Of a stretch of 64,000 nt of DNA, positions 30,965 through 41,926 are shown one piece after another; the first letter of the stretch is position 1, and each line of letters opens with the position of its first letter. The notes under the pieces are model-generated. The model did not search any database. It saw only the letters and a program-made list of their open reading frames with translations, and was not told the DNA's origin. Made by a program: the position numbers and the translations under genes. Location: the NCBI GenBank assembly GCA_963847445.1, contig CAWJZV010000022.1, positions 1 through 64,000 on the forward strand, read 5' to 3'. This DNA is from an uncultured delta proteobacterium. Its GTDB lineage: Bacteria > Desulfobacterota > Binatia > UBA9968.

Positions 30965-31124
30965 GGCTTGGTCCTCCTAGATGAATGAATCTGCCGTGTC
31001 AGGCGCAAATAATCACACGCAGTCGTCCGGCTCTTGCTTGATTGTTCCGAGCATACGTCCGCTCAGGTTTTAACGTCAAGGCAAAAACGTTACGAGGCAA
31101 ATACCGGATTCAGGCCGAGAGGGA

Positions 31125-32108
31125 TTACTCCGCAAGTCCCAAAAGTCCGAGCATCCGGGTTACTCGCGCGTCCAGCTCATTTGCGTCACGCAGTTCCGTG
31201 ACCCAGATTGTCGGGATATTGGCGAAGCCAAACTTGGCGCCCAGTATGGCGCCGACCACGGCGGCATTGGTATCCGCGTCGCCGCCTTCATGAATCACCT
31301 GTAAAACCCCGTCGCGATAGGATTGAGCATTTTTGAGCGCCCAAAACCCAGCGCCCATCGCTTTGAGGGTATAGCCGATCGAGCCAAGTTCAGTGGCTGT
31401 CAATCCTTCGTCAAGATCAAAGTCGTCAAGAGTACCGGTCGCCGCCATTTCTAGATATTTGTCGAGCTCAGGCGAATATCCTGCACTCTCGCGCGAGACG
31501 ATGTCCAGTATCTCTGAGAATTCTTCTTTGCCCTGAAGCATCAGGGCGATCGCCGTGCTGACGGCGACGCACGAACCGACACAGCGCGGGTCGTAGTGCG
31601 TGATGCGGCAAACCTTTGCAGCATTCGTTTTGACTTCCGCAAGGGAGTCATATTTCCACACGCCGAGAATTGACGTGCGCATGACCCCGCCGTTGGATGC
31701 GACGTGCCGTCCGGATGATTCCCAAACGTACTGGGCGGCTAAATGGGGCGCGGAGAGAAAATATCTCGACTGGAGCACCGACCAAACCGTATTGCCGATA
31801 CCCATGCCATCCTCAGCCACCCATGTACGGATGCGTTTGGCTATGTCGAGGATGCTGACATCTTGTCCTTCGAGAATGCTGTCAAAAATGCACAGCATCT
31901 GGTCTGTATCGTCGGTCCAATCGCCGATGGCCCAGCGTCTGCGATGAGGATCCTGAATTATTTGTGAATACCTGTCGAGGCCATGGGGGTAATTGGCGAT
32001 TACTGTCGCTTTCGGCATGAATTCGGCGCCCAGCCCCAAGGCGTCGCCGATGGCATGGCCGAAGATTGCTCCTCTGCACCGGTCCGCGACTTGATTCATG
32101 GTCACCAA
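31125..32108 (-). CDS. ADP-ribosylglycohydrolase (DraG/ARH family)
   Basis: GHAIGDALG, WTDDTDQ, SNGGVMR, THYD, GGDADTNAAV. Confidence 0.92.
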   Translation of the reverse strand: MVTMNQVADRCRGAIFGHAIGDALGLGAEFMPKATVIANYPHGLDRYSQIIQDPHRRRWAIGDWTDDTDQMLCIFDSILEGQDVSILDIAKRIRTWVAEDGMGIGNTVWSVLQSRYFLSAPHLAAQYVWESSGRHVASNGGVMRTSILGVWKYDSLAEVKTNAAKVCRITHYDPRCVGSCVAVSTAIALMLQGKEEFSEILDIVSRESAGYSPELDKYLEMAATGTLDDFDLDEGLTATELGSIGYTLKAMGAGFWALKNAQSYRDGVLQVIHEGGDADTNAAVVGAILGAKFGFANIPTIWVTELRDANELDARVTRMLGLLGLAE

Positions 32109-32207
32109 GTGGATGTTGTGGTTACGCGAGGAAAAATTGACCAGCTGTGGCAGAAAACCGCGCCGGCGATTTTGCAGGACGATGAATCGCCAGCTCCGGT
32201 CATCAAT

Positions 32208-34487
32208 TCACGCCTTCTTCTGCATCGCCGCCAACACGCGCGCTGGTGTAAATGGCGCTTCGCGCAGGCGCGCGCCGATGGCGTCGAAGATGGCGTTGCC
32301 AATCGCCGCGGCGATCGGTGCGCTAGAGGGCTCGCCGCCGCCGAGGGCAGGCATTTCCGGGCGATTGATCAACACCAGTTCGATCTCCGGCACGTCGGGA
32401 AAGCGGATCACCGGATAGCTGACCCAGTCCAGCGTCGTGACGCCCGAGGCGTCGAACTTGACCTCTTCCAGGAGCGAGCGGCTGACGCCCTGAATGATGT
32501 TGCCCTCGATTTGGTTCTTCAGTCCGTCGGGATTGATGATCAGGCCGCAGTCATGAGCCAAGACAAATCGCGTGACCCGGACATTGCCGTTGGATTTGTC
32601 GACTTCCACTTCGGCGACGGCCCCGCATATCGCGTTAGCGCGGTTCGAGATCGACACGCCGCGTCCGTTTGCTGTGTTTCCCGTGGTCGCGGGAGCGGGC
32701 GAGGGACGCTCTTGCCAACGCGCTTGTTTGACGACCGCGTTCAAAGCGTCGATACCGCGTTTGTTGTCGGCAAGATAACGCAGGCGAAATTGCACCGGGT
32801 CGACCTTCTGATCGGTGGCGATCTCATCGATGAAGCATTCGCTACCGAAGCAACGCGCGATGTCGCCCGGTGCGCGCAAGTAACCAGTGCGCAGTGGCGT
32901 TTCTTCGGCTGGCAATATCCACGGCACCAACGGGGCGCTGCCTTTTTGATTCTCGAAGGTATACATGTCACCGACACCTTGACTACCGTTGGAGTTACCC
33001 GTGCCGGTGGCCTTCATGCCGATCTGGCGCGAAGCGAGCAGACGCAAGCCGCGGCCGGAAGCGGCCGTGAGCGGAAAGCCACGATCGGCGTAGTCCCAAG
33101 CGATTACTTTGCCCTGAGCGTCAACTCCGGCGCGTGCTAGACCCAGCTGCGCCGGGCCCTTGGGATCCCAAGCATGTTCGTCGTCGCGCATCCATTGCAC
33201 ACGCACCGGTTTGCCGACCGCACGCGACAGCAGCGCGGCGTCTTCGGCGCCATCGTCCGCACCCAGGCGGCCGTAGCTGCCGGCTGCTTCGCGCCAGAGG
33301 ACACGGACATTTTTTTCCGGGATGCCGAGTAATTGCGCCACCGCTTCGCGGGTCTCGAAGGAACCTTGAGTGCCGGTGTAGAGTGTTACTTGATCGCCGT
33401 TGACGTCAGCCACAGCGCAGGATGGACCCATCATGCCGTGCAACTGAAACGGCCAACGGTAGGTGGCTTCGTAGGTTTTGCTCGCCTGTTTCAGTGCTTG
33501 CTCGGGATTGCCGCGATTGACCCGGACCTGATCGTTATATGCTTTGGTGTTTTTGATATAGCCGAAGAGTTCATCATAGTTGGCCGGCATCTTCGTCGCC
33601 GGTTGCGACCATGTGACTTTAAGCGCTTTCGCCGCCTTGACCGCAGCCCATTCTGTCGTGCAGACGACGCCGACAAAACTTCCTTCTTGCACGACTTTCA
33701 CCAAACCTGGGATGTTCTTTACGGCACTTTCATCGATGTTCGCCGGCTTGGAAGTTATCGTGGGCGGCCGCACCACGCGGCCGTGCAACATGCCAGGGAT
33801 GCGGACATCGTGGGCGTAGACAAAGTCACCGGTCAGCTTCGGCGGTAGGTCGAGCCGTTTCTGCGAAGTGCCGACTATTTTATAATCTTTGACGTTTTTT
33901 GCGCGCACCTCGGGCGCGACTTTCATGTTCCAGCCGGTGCCTTCGGCGGTGATTTTTAGGTTGAACTTCTTGCCGCCGATGAGCTGGCCATAGGATACGG
34001 ATGTTTTTCCATCGCTGACAATACCGTCCGTGACCGTGAGCTTTTCCACAATCGTGTTAAGCCGGGCGGCGGCTAGTTTCAACAACTCCTGGCGCGCCGC
34101 GGCGGCGGCCTGGCGCAGCTGCGGGCCGCCGCGTTCGATGGTTCGGCTGCCGGCGGTGATGCCCTGGTCGATGGTTTTCGCCGTGTCCAATTCGATCATA
34201 TGGATGCGGTTGAACGGCACGTCCAATTCTTCGGCGACGATTTGCGCCAGCGCGGTTGTCACGCCGGTGCCGAGATCGACTTTACCGGAATAGACCGTCA
34301 CCGTACCGTCGGGCGCGATGGCGAGCCAGGAATCGAGTTGTGTCGGATCGGCGTCAAAGCGCGGCTCCACATTCGACTGGGCGCACACGCCCGACGCTGG
34401 AAACAAGTTGAAACTGACGACCAGCGCGCCCGAGGATTTGAGAAATTCTCGGCGAGTAAGAGTCGAAATTTTCTTCGATTTCATCAT
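32208..34487 (-). CDS. xanthine-dehydrogenase-family molybdopterin subunit (IorB/NicB-like), Tat-exported
   Basis: LTRREFLK Tat motif; GKVDLGTG; LRAPG; DCGLIINPDG; GGGEP. Confidence 0.9.
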   Translation of the reverse strand: MMKSKKISTLTRREFLKSSGALVVSFNLFPASGVCAQSNVEPRFDADPTQLDSWLAIAPDGTVTVYSGKVDLGTGVTTALAQIVAEELDVPFNRIHMIELDTAKTIDQGITAGSRTIERGGPQLRQAAAAARQELLKLAAARLNTIVEKLTVTDGIVSDGKTSVSYGQLIGGKKFNLKITAEGTGWNMKVAPEVRAKNVKDYKIVGTSQKRLDLPPKLTGDFVYAHDVRIPGMLHGRVVRPPTITSKPANIDESAVKNIPGLVKVVQEGSFVGVVCTTEWAAVKAAKALKVTWSQPATKMPANYDELFGYIKNTKAYNDQVRVNRGNPEQALKQASKTYEATYRWPFQLHGMMGPSCAVADVNGDQVTLYTGTQGSFETREAVAQLLGIPEKNVRVLWREAAGSYGRLGADDGAEDAALLSRAVGKPVRVQWMRDDEHAWDPKGPAQLGLARAGVDAQGKVIAWDYADRGFPLTAASGRGLRLLASRQIGMKATGTGNSNGSQGVGDMYTFENQKGSAPLVPWILPAEETPLRTGYLRAPGDIARCFGSECFIDEIATDQKVDPVQFRLRYLADNKRGIDALNAVVKQARWQERPSPAPATTGNTANGRGVSISNRANAICGAVAEVEVDKSNGNVRVTRFVLAHDCGLIINPDGLKNQIEGNIIQGVSRSLLEEVKFDASGVTTLDWVSYPVIRFPDVPEIELVLINRPEMPALGGGEPSSAPIAAAIGNAIFDAIGARLREAPFTPARVLAAMQKKA

Positions 34488-34494
34488 CGGCTCC

Positions 34495-34959
34495 TTAAGC
34501 TAGTTGCCCCGACGCGCGTTTGACCGCGCGCAGGATTCTTACATGGGTGCCGCAGCGGCAGAGATTGCCCGCCAGAGCTTCCTTGATCTGCGCATCCGTC
34601 GGCTTCGGATTCTTATCGAGCAGGGCTTTGCTGGTCATGATCATGCCGTTGATGCAGTAGCCGCATTGCACCGCTTGCTCGTCGACGAAAGCCTGCTGGA
34701 TCTTGTGCATCTTCTTGGTGTTGCCCAAGCCTTCGAGCGTGGTCACCGCTTTGTTTTGCACCGTGCCAACCGGCGTAACGCAAGAGCGGATGGCGACCCC
34801 GTCCATGATCACCGTGCATGCGCCGCACTGTGCTAGGCCGCAGCCAAACTTGGGGCCATTTAACTGTAAATCGTTGCGCAGCGCATAGAGTAGCGGCATT
34901 TCCGGCTCAGCGTCGACGATTTGCGACTTGCCATTTACACGGAGTGAGAGTTTGGCCAT
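34495..34959 (-). CDS. (2Fe-2S)-binding small subunit (IorA/CoxS-like)
   Basis: GCGLAQCGACTV; QCGYCING; NLCRCG. Confidence 0.95.
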   Translation of the reverse strand: MAKLSLRVNGKSQIVDAEPEMPLLYALRNDLQLNGPKFGCGLAQCGACTVIMDGVAIRSCVTPVGTVQNKAVTTLEGLGNTKKMHKIQQAFVDEQAVQCGYCINGMIMTSKALLDKNPKPTDAQIKEALAGNLCRCGTHVRILRAVKRASGQLA

Positions 34960-35132
34960 GGGAGGCTCCTCCTATTTGGTTTCGGGCTAGAGTCTCGGGT
35001 GAGGTACTGAATTCGTTTGTCTACCTATGGGGCGCATTAAAGATGAAACTTGGTCCCCAAGTCAAGTTGAAATTAGACGCTGCCTGTCTGTGCCGTCGTG
35101 CAGACGAGGCGCCAGACTCTAGACGGTTTACG

Positions 35133-36107
35133 CTATTTCGCGCTGTTCAATTGCCGCACGAAACGGTCGTCGAAGAATTGCCCCGGCGTAGCCTTCCTGG
35201 CTTCTGGAACGGTTTCCGACATAAAGTCCAAGATGCCTTGCATCCCCGGTTCGGAAATCATCAGCTCACGCTTGAAGCCGGCTTTGCGGTAAAATTCATA
35301 GGTGCGCTCGATGATATCGGGATCGCTGTCCTTGGTGTATTTCGGTATGACTCTCATGGTGAACGGCTTGTCGTTGTAGTAGCGATCAATGCCGCTGCGC
35401 ACGGCGCGCAAGAGCGGAACCAGGCGCGGCGCTAGTTCTTCCATGCGGCTTTTCCGAACCACAAGCCCGACGTTTTGATAAGGCTGATCCATCGTGGTCG
35501 CCAGGGAGCGAAAGCCGGCGCGCTCAATTTGAAAACTTACCGGTGGGCCCAGCGCCCCTGCGACAATCTGGTTGGTTTGCAGCGAAGCCGCGATCTGGAT
35601 CGTGCCGCCCATGATGCGCAGCTGCACATCCTTGGGCGTTAGGCCCAACTTACGCAGCGCAACCAATGTGCCGTAAGCCACGGGCGTGCCTGGCCGTTCG
35701 GTGCCGACGATTTTCCCGCGCAAATGCTCGGCAGTTTTGATTTCGGGCCGAGCGTATAAATCCCAGACCATGGTGTTGAGCATGCCGGAAATAAACACCA
35801 CATCGAAGCCGCGCAGCGAAGCCGTAATCACCGGCACTGCGGAAACTTGAATGACGTCGACTTCGTTGGCGATCAAGGCGGGTAGGGCTAGGACCGAGGA
35901 CATGGAAATCATCTCAACGTCCAGGCCCTCTTTAGCGAAGCCGCCGCTCTCTTTGGCCATCCACAGCGATGCCATGGTTCCCGACGTGAATAGGTAGGCG
36001 ATGCGTAATGGGCGGGGAGTGCCGGCGTGGGCTTCTTGAGCTGTGCCAACGGCGAGCGCCAGGAGGATCATCAGCGCGACGATCAACTTGTTATGGAAAA
36101 CCCCCAT
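35133..36107 (-). CDS. ABC substrate-binding protein, SsuA/THI5-like
   Basis: Signal peptide AHA; GFAKEGLDVE; LRGKIVG. Confidence 0.87.
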   Translation of the reverse strand: MGVFHNKLIVALMILLALAVGTAQEAHAGTPRPLRIAYLFTSGTMASLWMAKESGGFAKEGLDVEMISMSSVLALPALIANEVDVIQVSAVPVITASLRGFDVVFISGMLNTMVWDLYARPEIKTAEHLRGKIVGTERPGTPVAYGTLVALRKLGLTPKDVQLRIMGGTIQIAASLQTNQIVAGALGPPVSFQIERAGFRSLATTMDQPYQNVGLVVRKSRMEELAPRLVPLLRAVRSGIDRYYNDKPFTMRVIPKYTKDSDPDIIERTYEFYRKAGFKRELMISEPGMQGILDFMSETVPEARKATPGQFFDDRFVRQLNSAK

Positions 36108-36324
36108 GAGCGCTTTGTAGTATGGTCCGGCGTCGGTTCGCAAGGATGAATAGATTGGCGTTTGTCGCAAAAGGTGGCAATTGTGGACTGTCAAGCGAAT
36201 CGTCTCGAAGCTGAAACGCGGCGCAAAAATTAATGAGGGCGCAAATTAACTGTCCGCTCGGAACCGGCAGGTCACTTTTATGCGATTGGCGATTATCGTT
36301 GCGGGTCCGGGAAAACAAAACGAT

Positions 36325-36697
36325 TCAAACATAATGGCGAATAAATTCGTAATATCCTCTCTTTCCATACTCAGAGTGCCTTACGACCGAGCGCCTGATT
36401 TTTTCTATTCGCGCCAGGTATTCGACAAGGGTCAGATTATTTATTTTTCCGATGCGTTCAGCGCCAATGACGACACACCAATCGACAATACCCTTGGCGA
36501 GCGGGTGGTTGGTAACCTTTTCGTGCTTGGCGAATCCGCATTGCTTGCGAACGGCTATTTTGGCGTTTTCCAAGGCGAAGATGCAGAGTGAATCGGTAAG
36601 ATCGGCGTGCAGCTCATACTCCCGCTTGAGACCGGCTTCGATATTCTGACATACGTCGAGGTGTGGGTCGTTGTTAAAATCTTTCTTGGTCGTTGCC
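36325..36697 (-). pseudogene. conserved hypothetical protein lacking a start codon
   Basis: Frame extends upstream of the listed ORF: DPHLDVCQNIEAGLKREY...RSVVRHSEYGKRGYYEFIRHYV*; stop codon immediately upstream. Confidence 0.5.
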
Positions 36698-36884
36698 GCT
36701 CAGGTTAACTGGACACGATCCGAAAAAGCATTCAAAAAATCACCGTCACACTGTAGTTGCTTTTGCCGGTCTGCTAAATCTCACCTGTCCTTAACGTCAT
36801 TGCGCCTTTGCGGCAGTAATCTGCCAACCCCAATCCAATCAGTTATCTCTACGCCAGCGTCTCGGCGGTGAAATTCCGATTCTT

Positions 36885-38159
36885 TTATCCCGCTTGCGCC
36901 GGCCTGGGCTCTTCATTGACGAACCAGAGCAGCAGCATGCCGGCGATGTAGGTGGCGGCGGCGATGTAGAAGGCCGGGGTGAAGCCGTAGTTTTGCATGA
37001 CGTAGCCGATGATCAAGGTCCAGATCGGTCCTGAGATAAAACCGACGAAGTAGTAGATCGAGAAGGCCGCGTCGGTGAGCTCGGGCGTGGCGAAATCGCC
37101 GATCATGGTTTGGGTCAGCGAGCCGCGCGCCTGGACGAAGGCGCCATAAAGAATCAGATTGACATAGAAGAGAATGCTCAGGGATGGATGTTGCACCAGC
37201 CATACGGTGGTCACCGCCGATAGCAATAAAGTGAGCTGCGTGATGCCGCGCCGCTTGCCGGAGCGGTCGGAGAACCAGGCGATCAAGAGTGGGCCGACCA
37301 AGCCGGCGCCTTGCATCAGCGTTAATATCAAACCGCCGCCCGAGGCGGTGACGCCAAATTTGTTGCATGAAGAACGGCACCAGATAGGTCATGTTGACAC
37401 CGGTGCCGCGTCCCGCCGCGCCGACCATCAGGACTAACGAGGTCAGGACGATGTTGCGGTTCTTCAAACACTGGAGATAGGCAGTCGAATCCAGCTTTGG
37501 CTTTCGCCTTGCCGCCGAGTTGTTCACTGGCGCCACCGGCGTGATCCTTGACGAGAAATAGCGTCAGCCCCATGACCAGACTGAAGGCGCCGAAGATCAC
37601 GAAGGCGGTCTGCCAGGTAAAATATAGCAACGCCAACGACGCGGCCGCTGGGCCGATAAACGAGCCGAGGTTTCCCGCCGAGTGATGAAAGGTCAGCGCC
37701 CAGCCGCGCGACTGCGGATAATAGCGCGACAGGATGCTCGATCCCAACGGATGCTGCGGGCTAGAGCCGGCGTCGATGGCGACGCGGGCGGCGACCAGTT
37801 GGGGAAAACTGCTGACGAAGAACTGCGACATCGCGGTGATGCCGACGACGCAGTTGCCGATGGCGAGCATGGTGCTGCGTTTGAAAAAATTCGACAAGAA
37901 GCCGTAGATCACTTGCAGCCCCTGGCCGACGAAGCTCGACAACGCCGAGATGAATCCCAAGCCGACTAGATCCGAACCCCAACTCGGTCATCATCACCGG
38001 AAATATCACCGAGGTGATGCTGTATTGGAGATGATTCAAGACATGGCAGCCGCTGATGAGGCTGAGCGCCAGGCGCTTTTGTTGCAGCGTCACTTCGAGC
38101 GTCGGCGTTTCGCTGCCGGTGTTGGCGGCGGCATCGGCTGTGGTGGAGTGATCGGCCAT
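36885..38159 (-). CDS. MFS transporter (frameshifted in several places)
   Basis: Hydrophobic ORF pieces 37761-38159, 37328-37960, 36913-37536 and 36885-37331; WFSDRSGKRR. Confidence 0.82.
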
Positions 38160-38256
38160 GGCTCTAAATTCCTTGGAGTAATGGAGTGTTGAATAATCTA
38201 GTACTGCGTTTGGTTTATAGCGCCGCAGTGGTTGCTGTCAAACTCATGGTTTCGAG

Positions 38257-39846
38257 TTACGGGTTTCGAGTTTTGGGCCAGCGCGTAACTCGTAACTCTA
38301 AACCCGAGACGGTTTCCCCGCCCCGCGGCGTATTCGCCGGCGTGTAGTTGGCCATGAAAAAACTTATCGCGAGACCGAGCAGCATCAGCACGAAACCGGT
38401 CAAAAATGCATACCAGAGCGCGTCGCCGAGGCTGGCGATTAACTTAGGCAGCATATCGGCGGGAATCTGTGCGCGGGTGAGCGGCTCCAAAAGATTTTGC
38501 GGGTTGGCGAGTTTGGACCAGACAGTGGCGTCAACGGTGGGATTGGCGGCGCGCAATTGGCCGAGAGAGTTTTGCATTTGACTGAGCATCACCGTGCCCA
38601 TGACGCTGACGGCAAACGCCGCGCCGAAGGTGCGGAACAACATGACCGTCGATGTCGCCACGCCGATGCGCTGTGGGCGCGACCGAGCTTTGGGCCGCGA
38701 CCAGGGTGGTGAGATTGGCCATGCCCATGCCGACGCCGATGGCGCCGGCGCTAAATGCGACGGCGACGATGCTGGCGCTAAACTGCGGCGCGACGAAAAT
38801 GGCGTAGCCGATCGCGAGCAAACTCATGCCGGTAACCGCGGCGAAGCGATAGCCGAACCGGTTGATCCAGCGGCCGGCGAGCAAACTGCCGGCGGTCCAG
38901 CCCATGCTCAGAATCAAAATAACCAGACCGGTGGCCGTGGCGGTCAGGCCGATCACGCCCTGGAGGAACAGCGGCATGTAGCTGATCGCGCCGAACACGC
39001 CCATGGCCGAGATCGTGGCGACGGCGGCGGCCGAGTTATACAAGCCGATGTGAAACAGATCGACGGGCAAGATCGGCTCGGCGGCGCGCCGCTCGATGAA
39101 ATAGAAAACGATTAAAATCACCAAACCGGCGCCGATGTAGCTCAAGGTTTCGGCGTTTAGCGGGTGGCGCGCGTGAGCGCTTTGCGCCAGAGCGTAGAAT
39201 AATAACAGCAAGCCAACGAGCAAGCGTGAATGCGCCGGCGAGATCGAGTCGAGCGGCCCGGCGCGTGCCTGCTTCTTCTTTCAAGCCGACGACGATCAGT
39301 GTCGTGGCGATGGCGATCAGCGGCAGGTTGATGAAGAAGATCCAGCGCCAACTCCAATTCTCGACAATGACGCCGCCGGCCAGGGGGCCGAGGATGGAGG
39401 CGAGGCCCCAGATGCCGCTGATGATGCCTTGCATCTTGGCGCGCTGCTCAGCGGGAAAGATCACCCCGATGACGATAAACGACAGCGCATAGATGGCGCC
39501 GCCGCCCAGCCCTTGGACGGCGCGAAAGGCGATCATCGCTTCCATGCTTTGGGCCAGCGCCGCATAGCGTCGAGCCGAGCAGAAAGATCGCGATGCCGAT
39601 CAGCATCAGCCGGCGCTTGCTGAACAGGTCGGCGAGCTTGCCGAAGATCGGCGTGGTCAGCGCCGAGGTCAGCATGTAAATCGTAAACACCCAGCTATAG
39701 AGTTCCAGGCCGCCCAATTTGGCGACGATGGTCGGCATCGACGTGCTGACGACGGTCGCGTCGATGGCGAAAAGAAAGATCACCATCATGACGCCGATGG
39801 CGGCGAGATTGCGCTTGGCGGCGGGCGCGCTTCGGTTGGCATTCAT
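38257..39846 (-). CDS. MDR-type (DHA2, 14-TM) MFS transporter (frameshifted)
   Basis: DATVVSTSMPTI; GKLADLFSKRR; FRAVQGLGGG; WRWIFFINLP. Confidence 0.87.
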
Positions 39847-39985
39847 GATGGCGGCGATAGACGATGTCGGTCCTCTTGAGTTGTCTTAGATTGGCTTGGG
39901 AGTCAAGCCGCAGCAAAAATTGCGCATTGCGTTGACGCGCGCTGCCGGCAGCGCTAAAAAAGCAGCTATCTTACGGAGGCACCTG

Positions 39986-40990
39986 ATGTTGCAAAAATTT
40001 ACGCTACTCACTCTCGTCACGATCAGTTATTTCTTTGTCCCGCGCATGGCCGCGGCGCAGATCACGGCTGAATTGATCGACGCCGCCAAAAAAGAAGGCG
40101 AGGTGATGCTCTACGGCGCTATCACCGTTAACTCGTCGAAAGCGGTCGGCGATGCCTTCGAGAAGAAGTACGGCATCAAGCTGCGCCACTGGCGCGGCGA
40201 CGCGACCGAACTGATCAATCGCAGTCTGGCTGAAGCGCGGGCGGGGAAGCCGGCGTTCGACGTCACGCTGGGCAACGAAGTGGTGATGGCCGCGCTCGAC
40301 GAGAAGAGCCTGTTCGCCGTCTTCGAACCGCCGGCGGCGAAGGCCTTTCCGAAGCAGTTTCTCGACCCGGACAAAAAGATGACGCCCTGGCGTGTGTTGC
40401 CCTACGGCATCAATTACAATCACCAACTCTTGAAGGCTGAAGAAGCGCCTAAAAATTGGGAGGAACTGTTGCAGCCGAAGTGGAAAGGTAAGTTCGGTGT
40501 CGCCAATCCGGGCATTCACGTGACGACGCTGCAGTTCGTTTTGAATCTTGACAAGTTGTTGGGGCCCAAGTGGCTCAAGGTGGTCGAGGGATGGGCGCAG
40601 CAGGAGCCGCGGGTAGGGCGCAGCCTAGCGGACAATATCCAGCCGTTAACCTCGGGCGAGATCCAGGTCGCCGTCGGCTACATCAAAGATAAGTTTCAGT
40701 ATCCCGGTCCCATCGAGTATGTGCGCATGAATAAATATTTGGCGTCCTTGAGTTTCATCGCGATCAATCGCCAGGCGCCGCACGCCAACGCGGCGCGCCT
40801 GTTCGCCGATTTCTTCGTCGGGCCTGAAGCCCAGCGCATCTTCGGCAACTTCGGCGAATATGTGTTTCATCCCGAAGCCGATCACAAGTTCAAAAAGGAT
40901 GTGAAGGACGACCAGATCCTAGTCATGCGGCTGCCAAACAACGAGGAGCTGACAAATTGGAGCAAGAAGTTTCGGGAAATGTTTCGGTAA
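39986..40990 (+). CDS. ABC substrate-binding protein, AfuA-like
   Basis: GGAGG RBS; AAKKEGEV; PKWKGK; APHANAARLF. Confidence 0.88.
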   Translation: MLQKFTLLTLVTISYFFVPRMAAAQITAELIDAAKKEGEVMLYGAITVNSSKAVGDAFEKKYGIKLRHWRGDATELINRSLAEARAGKPAFDVTLGNEVVMAALDEKSLFAVFEPPAAKAFPKQFLDPDKKMTPWRVLPYGINYNHQLLKAEEAPKNWEELLQPKWKGKFGVANPGIHVTTLQFVLNLDKLLGPKWLKVVEGWAQQEPRVGRSLADNIQPLTSGEIQVAVGYIKDKFQYPGPIEYVRMNKYLASLSFIAINRQAPHANAARLFADFFVGPEAQRIFGNFGEYVFHPEADHKFKKDVKDDQILVMRLPNNEELTNWSKKFREMFR

Positions 40991-41090
40991 CGCAGCAGTA
41001 AAGTATTGAAATAATGGAGTATTGGAGTATTCGGCTATTCGGTCGATTACTCCATGACTCCAATCTTCCAGTTGGGCTTCGAGGCTACAG

Positions 41091-41882
41091 ATGCTTGAAT
41101 TAGACAAGATCCCTTTTCCTGAAGTGAAGCGGTTGGCCGATGGCGGCCGGGCGCTGACGATTCTCCCGGTCGGTGTCGTCGAGGAGCATGGCGCGCATCT
41201 GCCGTTGGGAGTCGATTCCTTTGCGGCGGAGATTTACGCAGCTTCGGCGGCGCCGCATTTGGAAGGCGCGGGCTATGAAGTCGTCGTCGCGCCGACGATC
41301 AACTACGGTGTGGCGCGGGCGGCCATCGATTTCCCCGGTACTTTGTCGTTGGAACCGGAGACCTTACGCTCGATGGTAGTCGAGATCGGCAAATCGCTGG
41401 CGCGCCATGGACTCAACCGTCTCGTGGTACTCAACGGCCATCGCGATCTGCACCATATGAAAGCGCTCGATGATGCGCGGGCGATTCTCGTCTCGGAAAA
41501 AGCCGCGCAGGTTCTGGTTGTTGGCTTTGCTCACGATCCGGAAATGACCGCCGCCTGTTATCGCGAAGGCGTGAAACAATTCTACCAGAGCCCGCGTCCC
41601 GATCGTGAAGGACATGGCGGCGAATCGGAGACTTCGGTGGCGCTGCATAGCTTTCCCGAGTTGGTGAAGCGCGAGATTATCGGCGAGCTGACGCCGAACT
41701 TCGACTACGATGTCGAGGCGTTTCGCAATGAAACCAAAGACTACTGGAGCATTACCGACGGCCGTGGTTACTTCGGCTCGCCGCAAGCGGCGACGGCGGA
41801 GACGGGCGCGAAATTAGTGGCGATCCGCGGCGGCAATATCGCTAATGTGATCTTGAAGGCGTGGGGTAAGCCGTCGACGTGA
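41091..41882 (+). CDS. creatininase / creatinine amidohydrolase family protein
   Basis: PVGVVEEHGAHLPLGVD; FPGTLSL; LNGH; HGGESETS. Confidence 0.92.
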   Translation: MLELDKIPFPEVKRLADGGRALTILPVGVVEEHGAHLPLGVDSFAAEIYAASAAPHLEGAGYEVVVAPTINYGVARAAIDFPGTLSLEPETLRSMVVEIGKSLARHGLNRLVVLNGHRDLHHMKALDDARAILVSEKAAQVLVVGFAHDPEMTAACYREGVKQFYQSPRPDREGHGGESETSVALHSFPELVKREIIGELTPNFDYDVEAFRNETKDYWSITDGRGYFGSPQAATAETGAKLVAIRGGNIANVILKAWGKPST

Positions 41883-41926
41883 TCGTGCTCGTGGTTCGTG
41901 TTCGTTCGCCGAGCTGATCGCGCTGT

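Noticed and set aside
31983-33140. Long antisense ORFs (also 50088-51248, 27560-28399, 53019-53813)
   Set aside because: Shadow frames of real GC-rich genes on the opposite strand, with no recognisable motifs.
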